A stretch of 61,877 bases of DNA, counting the filler, from Choristocarpus tenellus KU-1152 (taxonomy: Eukaryota > Protista > Phaeophyceae): NCBI GenBank assembly GCA_964200185.2. It is 8 parts of 8 records of this genome, joined end to end, with 100 filler letters (N's around TTAATTAATTAA, not from the genome) between each part and the next. Parts side by side here need not be neighbours in the genome. Positions count along the whole stretch, not along the records: positions 52,881 to 58,554 come from CAXNAD020010054.1; positions 58,655 to 61,877 come from CAXNAD020021430.1; 6 more parts are not named here. One strand, given 5' to 3'. The notes under the pieces were generated by a model. The model ran no database searches and was not told where the DNA came from. It saw only the letters and a list, made by a program, of their open reading frames with translations. Shown here piece by piece: positions 52,881 through 61,877 of the stretch; position 1 is the stretch's first letter, and each line of letters begins with the position of its first letter. Made by a program: the position numbers and the translations under genes.

Positions 52881-54117
52881 GATCCCTCTGTCAATTCGTA
52901 GTGATGCAGGAGGGGAGTTCACAGGAGACATAATGAATCACCTTTGCCGTTGGCTGAAGGTCCCTATCAATTATGGACCAACTGGCAACTCGAGAGGACA
53001 AGGGGGAGTGGAAAAGATGGAGGGCATGCTTTTAGAAATCCTGTCGGAACTATGTGTAAAGTGGCCAGACAGATGGGATGAGTATGTATCTCCGGCATGT
53101 TGGGCACAACGAACTACTCCAGATCCCTCTGACCCTCTCAACCCCACCCCCTTCCGAGTCCTGTTTGGCCATGACCCCCGCACACAGCTAGATGCCGTCA
53201 TACCGAAGTTGGATGGGGACAGAGAGGTTGGAGGATTGGATTCCTTTATCAAGCAACGCAGACAGAACGTCAGGGAGGTACGAGAAGTCCTGGAGAGAAG
53301 GATGTCCACTAGACAGAAACACAGGGAGAGAGCCAATGCTTTGATTACTAGGTCTTCCCCAGGACTCGGATCCAAACCAGGTGACCTAATTCTAGTGAAA
53401 GAAGCGGACAGCTCTATTCATGGGGAAAAATTAGGCGAGACGAGAGTAGGCAGAAAGCTAGTCCATGAAAGGTGGACAGGAGTGTGGACTGTGAAGGAAA
53501 TTTCACATCAGAGTAGTAGCATGACAGAAGAACTGCTAGGTAGGCAAACACTCACCCGTAATGTTCATGCTTCTTACGTGAAACCCTTCCACGTATGGCC
53601 CATCCACCTGAGACATAGCTTCCAACAGGAATAAGCTCAACTAGTGTGGGAGTCGGACCTAGGTTTATCAGAGCATTCCGTGGTAGCAACCCCTAGGTAC
53701 ACTCTTACAGACAGGAAAGCAGTATTGTTGCCATCCATTGTATGGCACTGGGAGTACCGAGGGAAGTATCAGAATAGAGAATTGTCTGATTGGATTACTG
53801 AGAAAGAGGCTATGGATAGCTTCACCCCACTACAGTTAGATGTCTTCCATGCCCTCTGGGACCTCTCTAATCCAGACACGAGCCCACGTCCTACTGACAC
53901 CTCTCGCCAGGGAAAACCCTTGTCTAGAGAGGATGCATTACGCCTTTTCCCCACAGGGTCTACCGTTAAGAAGTCATGGAAAGACAAGAAGGGAAGGGAT
54001 AAGTGGTACACGGGTACAGTTTTTGACTTTAAGTCACCCTACTGGAGGGTACGGTTTAATGATGGGGATTGGGAGGAAATGAAAAAAAGCGAAATGAGTC
54101 GCTTCTCCCAAAAATAA
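52881..54117 (+). mobile_element. Ty3/gypsy integrase: rve core, GPY/F-SH3, chromo-like and Tudor-like domains (one in-frame TAA at 53632-53634)
   Basis: PLSIRSDAGGEF..QGGVEKM..WDEYV..TPFRVLFGHDPR; PGDLILVK..ERWTGVWTV..VHASYVKPF; then in the same frame WEYRGKY..SDWITE and GSTVKKSW..WYTGTVFDF..YWRVRFNDGDWEEM. Confidence 0.9.
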
Positions 54118-57064
54118 TCCAACAGGTAACCGCTACGCGTCCAGAAGGCAGTTACGTGACGACCAACCGATTCGTGTAAGAACACAGTGCTGTTCTCTTC
54201 CTGCTTTCCCGAGGTGGCAGAGACTGCAGAGCAGTGCTCCGACGTGGTTGAAGACCCAACCACATTCCTGTGGCAATGCTTTCATTGCATATGCTCTCAG
54301 CGTCAATGTCACGACCGCGTGGTCCATTTTGCGATTCGATCATGCTGCTGTGCCAAACTACACGCACGTTCTCGTCATCTAAGATCGCACTGAGTGTCAC
54401 ACGGTACTAATTTTCCCGGCCTCTCTCGACAGAGAAGTTACCGATGGTAGATCCAGAGAGAAGAGTGGCCTCGGCGACTCTCCTTGTCTCATCGTCATGG
54501 CTCATGTTGTTGTGCAAGTCACGTGTGTGTGTGCTCACAAAACGTCTGCAAAAGGCGTTCAAAAGATGTCCGGAAATCTTACATTTTTTTCCGGAACATC
54601 ACAGCAGACAAACTTGGAAAGGGACCTATCCCAGACCAGTTTTATGTAAGGAGTTCAGCCAACCACTTCATTTTTGTTAATTTTGAAGTCGTGACCTTCA
54701 AAATTGCACCGGAGATATTCCCCCGCGTTTTTTTTCCATTATTTGATCGGGACATAGGTCCCGTTCCCTGAAGTTTCAACAAAATCCAGAAGTACCCTTC
54801 AAAAGCTCTTGTCATACCCTTTCATTTGATATATAGATTGTTGTATATCTAACAGTCGATTTCAAAAATTGAGGATGGAGCTTTTCATTGAGGATGGGCT
54901 TGACACAAAATTGACTGGGATAAAGTGTCGATATATATATTTTGTATTGTATGTTGTGTTTCGATGTTCCCGTGAACAAATTCAAGATTGCCACGGAGGG
55001 CGAAGCTACTGGTACCACCTTGTAAGATATCTCTCTAAAAAACGCACAATTTGAGAAATAATAATACAACAATGTTCACTCAGAGTTGAAGGTTGTTCAA
55101 TACAAAGCAATGTGCACACTGGCATGCTTCTAACCTACCCGTATAGCCCTACTATTTGAAAACTAACAATACAGTACAGTTTACTAAGTAATAATGCTTC
55201 AATAGTACATTATATTATTGTGGTACATCGACCCCAATGCCGTTCGACTTCTCACACTTGTGAGGGACACCCAAGTTCACAGAAAGGCACAGGACGGCAA
55301 ACAGGTCATACATACCCTGGTGGCAACCCTTAGGAAACAAGAGAACAAACAACAGTAGTGTCACAGGCGATATGTCTTGATGGCGGTTTCATAAACACCA
55401 TTATGACATTGAAGTTCTTTCTTATGCGCTGATATTGATGATAATCCCAGTGAGAGATCACGCATACTTGACCACTTGTGCATCAGGAGTCCTATACATA
55501 CAATGGCATCATCTATAAGCCCGTAGATTGGAGCTATACATCCTGTCTGTGGAGGTAAGCTTTTGGAGGCGCCTGTAACAGTAGTACTGTATATACATTA
55601 TTATACCTTCTGTTATAGTACTGTATGGTAGAGAGATCCAAGGAAACAAATAATTCAAGTAACGAAAATGTCAAGAAAAACGTCTTGAGCAAAACAAAAA
55701 AACGATCCAAGAAGCAGCAGTACTGTGTATCGTATCCAGCTATCCAAAGGCAAACTGCAACAAATCAAGCTGACGATTGCAAAACCCTGTCTTGAGCAAC
55801 CTGGCGGATGGGATGCCTTTTACTTCAAGAGTCCAAGGATCCCCATCTTTTGACCTTGCGAGAATGTCGTTCGGGACTTGCTCCAACTGTTGTTGGAGAG
55901 AGTATGGTTTGTGATGCGAGTTGGTCTGTAGTGTGCAGCCCTGCTTGCAATGGGTATGGTCCACTCCACTACAAAGGGGTATGTATGCAGGGACAAGTGT
56001 GACGTTGTTGCATGATCAATAAATGTGGAGTAATTTTTTCTGATCTTGTACTTGGTTTCAGTTTTTCCGAACAATTTCCATCGGCTTAATCATCCTACAT
56101 ATATACCCTTACATTACGCCGAACTCCCACTATAATATGAATAATATAATTCCAAACACAAATATAACTCAGCCCTAACCCTCGGTTGCTTTACTTGTTA
56201 CTTCAACCCTAACTAACCACATCTACATAGATAGAGTTAAGGAACCCGCACAGAACTTCATATCAAGGAGAAGAAGAACAGAAACTGTAGGTGGAAGGTG
56301 GAATAGGATTGCCACTAGAAAATTACCCCTCGGTACATCAGACACTCAGATATAGTTCCAGCATCCTAGTTTTTTTGGATTTTCCACCTTTGCATATTGC
56401 ATAAATATAGTAAATAGTATAGTTGTAAAAGGGTTGTGACTTAGATATGGTGTGAGGACTTGACAGGGGTTGCGTTCTACAACTATATTGATGTATGATC
56501 AGTGGAAAGATTCCCTGATGAGATGAGTGGCTTGGGTTCAGAGCAGTCTTCCCCACGTTTACCGCTAAGTAGAAAATTGGTTGCAGCGGGGAAGGCAGCT
56601 ATTCGAGGAAGGACCGATGGAGCTAGGGCAACCGTGGGCGCACTCCGCTCACATGTATCTCCCCAAGTAAACAACGAGGTGATAAGCTGGACCAGTATCT
56701 GATGCACTCTAAGTGGGATCTAGACGTCCTCATGTGGCTCTGGTATTCCGTGCTTTTTTTTGCCCATAACAACGAAGTCGTTCCTTCTCCATGTCTTGTG
56801 CTCCCTTTCAATCCACACGCCTATAGCCAAGGTACATGATGCAGAGTTTAGAAATTAGAGATATTGGCACACTCTTCGCCAGGTAATGATATTTTCCACC
56901 TCTTTCACCCCTATTCCCTTCCCCATGAAAACAGAGAATTCTCCTGGAGTCCTCAATGTTTTGTTTTTGCAGTGATACTACTCCAATTTTAGTCTCCGCC
57001 CATCTTTTGTCGCCGTCTAGAAACTACCTAATTTTGATCCTTCTTGTCATCCGCACGTAATGGC

Positions 57065-57814
57065 ATGGAGAAGGACCCACTACTCAGTAGTCGAAGGCGA
57101 ACTCTAACTCACAGCAATAGTAGCAACGGTAGAATAGGCGATACGTGGGGTGCTGGGTCATCTGTACAAAGGCGCAGCGGTTCTCACACCCCTGGAATGA
57201 TGGCAGGGGAGGGCATGGGGACCCTCGTACTTGCTAATGGCAAGGGAATCTCTAGGCTAAGAAAGGGTAAGTTCTGCAATAGTAGACTAATGGGGACGCG
57301 TGATTTGAGAGCATTTATATTGTTGTGTTGCCAGTCGCGAATGAGAGAACATGTGGACGATGATCTGCCAAAGCAAAATGGTCATGTGCCCCTTCAGAAA
57401 CTCTGAGAGTAGTATTTTGCAACTGATGATGCTTTTTCAAGCGAGGTCTGTGACAAGATTCCTCCAATCTCCCTGGACCTGTCTCTTCTTTCCCCACTTC
57501 ATATTTTCATGGTCAGACTGTTAGCGACTACCCCACCAAATCGCGCACAGTGTATTCTTCTTTCTCTGGCGCAGACAACGCACAGAATACAACGCAACAC
57601 AAGGTTTACAACAACCTCAACGCATGATAAGCACCCAAGACCAACTCCCGCAAAATGTGACTGTTGGAAATGTGCAGGCTACCTCCTCATGATGCGGGAA
57701 GGGGGTGGCGGGGGTGGGGGTGTAGAGTGGTTGGAGCGCTTCTTCTACCTTTCTGGCCACTTCCTGCGCTACAAGAAGCACTCTCTTAACCTCACCTCAG
57801 TCAACCTCAAACAG
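57065..57814 (+). CDS. N-terminal exons of a PH-domain protein
   Basis: Exons 57065-57266 and 57678-57814 join to give RKGYLLMM..WLERFFYLSGHFLRYKK, a canonical PH beta1-beta3 pattern. Confidence 0.7.
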
Positions 57815-58292
57815 GTAAGGAGAGACACTGCTGGAAGCACGGGATGGGTGAGGGTTGGAGGGCAGGGTGCAGTTCATATTGTGCATTCCTGCCAAGGATA
57901 GGATTAAAAATAACTCCCACATTCAAGAGGCGAGTGCTGACCTTGTCTGCATGTGCAACTTGAAAACCGAGGGACCTAACCTGGGCCCATCATGGCACCT
58001 TCATGATTGTTTAGAGTATGGTTGATTTCTCAAAGCTATTTTTGTGTCTAAGCTCTTGGTTCCTAGCATGTTCCAAGTGTGCACTCTATGTGTTGTTCAG
58101 GTTAAGGGAACCCTATCAGCGCATCCATAGAGGAGATACCAACATGACACAAGAGACAACTGTTCCAGGTGTAACCTGAAAATTATCACTCACAGAGTGG
58201 TTGGTTGATGTTTTGACTTTTCCTTATCGCTTATGAGGTTCCAAAGTATCTCATTCCCCCCCCAGAGGCACCCACAGCAAACCTTGTAGTTT

Positions 58293-58458
58293 GGGTCACA
58301 GTATCTGGAGTGTGTGTGTGTGTGTGTGTGGTTTGTGAGGGGGCGTCCATTTTAGTCAAACATCTCTTTTTTTTGCTGACATTTCAAATCCGACACGTGC
58401 AACCAAATCGCACCAAAAAAGTTAAAATCGAAAAAAAGGATGAAAAACGGACGCCGAG

Positions 58459-58489
<31 letters not shown>

Positions 58490-58490
58490 T
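58293..58490 (+). mobile_element. MITE family C with (GT)n-expanded spacer
   Basis: gggtcacagtatctgg...(gt)n...ggcgtccattttagtc. Body matches 34346-34489. Confidence 0.75.
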
Positions 58491-58839
58491 TGCGTGGTGG
58501 ACAAGATACCTTTTTTCTCTTTTAATAAAAAATTTTTTTTTTTTTTTTTTTTTTNNNNNNNNNNNNNNNNNNNNNNNNNNNNNNNNNNNNNNNNNNNNTT
58601 AATTAATTAANNNNNNNNNNNNNNNNNNNNNNNNNNNNNNNNNNNNNNNNNNNNTGTGGATGGTGGTTTGTTCTTTTTTGGTTGTCCTCCCATTTTTTTT
58701 TTTTTTTTTTGTTCCCCCCCCCCCCCCCCTCCCCCCCCCCAAGATACTTTGAGCCTTCATGCGGATCTGTTGTTTCCTTCCATCAAGAACATTGTTTTTT
58801 CCACACACACAATCTGACGTATGTCTGTCCCATTAACAG

Positions 58840-61719
58840 AGACATAGTAAAGTTCTTGGAAGATCACAAAGAGGGAAAATCTGGGCTGTTCAATCAGATG
58901 TTTTCCATACCTGCGTTGGCCGAAGCATTTGGGGAGTTCGCTCGAAAGGCGTTGTGTCGGGAGTCTGTCCTGTTCTTGGCTGAGGTGTCAAGGTAAGTGG
59001 GCCAGGGCGTTGTTTTTTTCAGTAGGGACATCAGAACGCAGAAGGTCGTGTATGCTTTGTTGGTTCTCAAGTTGTGTCCAACAGCTGTATGGTGTGGTTG
59101 TGGAAGGTGGGGTCTAGTTTGGTTGTGGAATTCTTGCACAGTCTGACCTTGGATGGGGCTAGGGACTGACCTCCAGCATACGTCTTGTTCTTTGTCTCTC
59201 CTGTACCTGCTTTGCTGGTTGTTGGACTACTCATGTGGGTTGTGGGACAGCTTAGACACGGTCTGATTTGATCTCTTCTCAAGGGTGTGGCGTTTTGTCT
59301 TTTGGTTTTTAGACTTGAAAGTGGTCTTTGCAAGGATAGTGTTCTGCTGGAACCAATGGAGACTGCTATGCACAAGTGCACACCCGCTGATACATTCGTG
59401 CACAGGTTGTAGTAGTGTGAGATATTTTGATATTGATATTGATATTGTTATATATATTGTTGCTGTGTTTTCAACCTGTTGGGTTGGTTCTGTCCACCTG
59501 ACAATCTGATCCACTCACCAGTTGTAAGTAGGCAGGGCTATTTCAGCGAAGGATTCAGTCTAATGTGTTTTACCTCTAATGTGTTTTACCTCTAATGTGG
59601 TTTACCTCTAATGTGGTTTACCAGGCCAACCCCGTATAAGTGCTTCTGGAAGAAGTGGTTCATTCCCAACCCAGTTGTGTTTCTGAAAGGGTTGATTGGT
59701 CCAGACAGCGTTCTGGTTTTAATTTTTATTAAAGATTTAAATATCCTGGAACACCGAGGTTTGTAGAAGGTTCAGTCCGGGTTCCGACGTAATACCATAT
59801 ATTTCCTAAGCGTTGGATACCCTTCTCCTGAGGTTTCTCAGAGGTTCAGTCCGGAGTGTAAGCCTGTATTAGTTCGTTTCTGAGATTTCCAATCCCAGGC
59901 TGTCAACGACTTCAACACATTTCTAGGTTCAGGTCCTCAGGTTAACTACTTGTATAGGTTGGTAGAAGGCCCCGAATATTTGCTCCTCATCGCCATGGAG
60001 AACAGTGAGCAACAGCTTTTGTACCTCCGGATCTGATGTGTTATTATTGGTCAGGATGGCATAAACCTATGTTTGTTTTACTGTATTTACATGAGGTTTG
60101 GTGGTGGTATCGGGCTTACTGGAGGGCGGTAGGCTCTGTCATTATCTCTGCATCATAACTCGGAGGTTACTTTTTGTCTAGGTGACGCATGCAGGAAATT
60201 GTGCAATCACTTTGGGTGCAAATAGCCTTGCACCCAAACAGGAACAGCGTCATCCCTTTCAGATGAAGCTGTATTGGTGAAATGGCGTTCTGTTGCGGGA
60301 TTTATGAGTATGACCCAGCTTGCCATTGTGTTTACTCACAGCTGCATAACCGCCAAGAGGTGTTTTTCTCATACCAGGGAGAGAATGGTGTTTGGGGAGT
60401 GAAGACCACAGGAAGATGATGTAATTCGAAGTTATACATATTTGGCAGAGTTTGGCTTTGACGTGAGGGTTGCTATGACAGGCAAAGAGGGATTTTGCAC
60501 CATTAACAGTACCAGAGTGATGAAAGTGAACGATTAGATAATCTGTTTGTGTATTGCTGCAGTGTAGTAGAGATTAATTATAATTATTCTTTGCAGAGAG
60601 CCGAGATAAGAGAGAGGTACCCAGGTTTTGAGCGTTTTTCATTTTAAGCCAGTTTTTCAATATTTTGAAATTCACCCATTACATTTCCTTGGATTAAGTG
60701 CTAAGTTTGACTTGAGAGCTCTGATTTCTATGTTAAAGAAGAAAAATCGACACAGTTCGCAAAATCTTCCTGCACTCATTTGTACAAAAATACGAATCTT
60801 GCGCATATTTGTGAGCGTTCCTTATATGCAGTTCTGGATACCCCCACCCCTCGTTCTACTTTGGCTCAGAATAATTTTGAAATTGCTGTATTTCTCCTGG
60901 CATGTAGCATGTTTGTTTCACCCGTCGTGCTTCTTCACCTCTTCCTCATCACAATCTCCCCATCTACTCCAGGGTAAGGAATACTAAGGTCAGGGTCATA
61001 TTATCCACCTGCCCTCTGTTCACTAACCCATCTTGCGTGTGAGTTGAGTTCAGGAGCGAGGATGAAAAAGTTCAGAGTGCAGTGGACAGGATAACTATTT
61101 CTAGTGTTGTTGAGCTCTGTGATGTCTTTGCAGACTTCTTGCCCTGTTTTCTTTTTCATTGCTATCGACCATACCCTGCAAACAAGAGATCTGCTCTGCC
61201 CGTGCCGGGCAGATACGAAAGGGATGACTACTCTTTGGTAAAAGCTTCATCGCGTCAATCTGCAACTCAGTTCGAGGCTTTCTCCTACATTGCTAGGAAG
61301 TACATAGTGAATGGCGCCCCTGAAGAGGTCAACATCAGGTAAGGGGGGATTTCACTAAGCATGACATTTTTTTTTTCTTCATTTACTTCAATGGAAGTTG
61401 TATACCCTCTCTCGGCAGGTACTGACAAAACTATCCCCCAATTACCTGCTGAAACCGTGCACATAGACAAGAGTACTCAAACAGTGCACACTTGTCAGGC
61501 CATGCGTTCATGTGTCTAACTAGTCGCAATGGCTCAGCAGAGAGGTAGGCAAAGTGACCAACCTATTTGGCTAACTACAAATATATTTCTCAAGCCTGCT
61601 TCTCGATCGACTTGCTCTCTCCTTGTCCTCCCATGCAGCTTCAGTGATAAGAAGAGAATCTTGGACGTTCTATACAAGGGTGCAGGGCCATTTACCGGCA
61701 TGTCAGTGGACAGTCGAAT
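58840..61719 (+). CDS. RGS (regulator of G-protein signalling) domain exons
   Basis: Exons 58840-58992, 61213-61338, 61639-~61719 are in frame: LAEAFGEFARKALCRESVLFLAEVSRY..IARKYIVNGAPEEVNIS, which matches RGS helices 3-7. Confidence 0.85.
59559..59622. repeat. 16-bp tandem repeat x4 (tctaatgtgKtttacc)
   Basis: Four consecutive units, two with t and two with g at the variable site. Confidence 0.95.
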
Positions 61720-61851
61720 GTAAGCCATCAAGGTTGTTGTCCCATCTATGTGATGGTCGGTCCCCGGTCATAAGGTTGTTGATTGCTTTTTTTGTACCAG
61801 CTGTTGCAATCTCACTCACCTGCCTACAAACCTTGTGTTATTGTTGCTGTT

Positions 61852-61877
61852 GGCTCAAAGTATTTGGGGGGGGGGGG
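61852..61877 (+). mobile_element. Start of a MITE family B copy
   Basis: ggctcaaagtatttggggg... Confidence 0.7.

Noticed and set aside
52520-54117. LTR/PBS at 52586 and the gypsy integrase as one element
   Set aside because: They are separated by a spacer, and the PBS-like motif matches the copia element instead.
54616-54767. Short imperfect inverted repeat (ggaaagggacctat / ataggtcccgttcc)
   Set aside because: Single occurrence with no clear TSD, insufficient to call an element.
59559-59622. CRISPR-like array
   Set aside because: Direct tandem units with no spacers, no cas genes, and an intronic eukaryotic context.

Overview
This window is eukaryotic, intron-rich nuclear DNA, most likely from an ochrophyte stramenopile (brown-alga-like). 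The evidence is GT-AG introns, a bipartite signal peptide with an 'AF' plastid-targeting motif, and TTAGGG repeats. It consists of 8 contigs joined by seven 100-bp artificial spacers (N44-TTAATTAATTAA-N44), so adjacency across these gaps is unproven. Host genes: a complete 10-exon agmatinase/ureohydrolase (18027-22971, +), a PH-like domain gene, a plastid DUF3727-type gene (-), a FIT/Scs3-like membrane protein (-), PH and RGS exons (+) and an unknown coiled-coil gene. Mobile DNA: a decayed Ty1/copia element, a Ty3/gypsy integrase ending in chromo-like plus Tudor-like modules, clustered 3' ends of a CRE-like RLE non-LTR retrotransposon, mariner fragments, and about 20 copies or fragments of three MITE families. 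The most unusual signal is in the MITEs. Families with different internal sequence share a bipartite end signal (G-N4-AAAGTATCT, spacer, GTCCATTTG). In full-length family A and B copies the spacer is 16-17 bp at one end and 26-29 bp at the other, an asymmetry of one helical turn reminiscent of the RAG 12/23 rule, with 4-bp target duplications.
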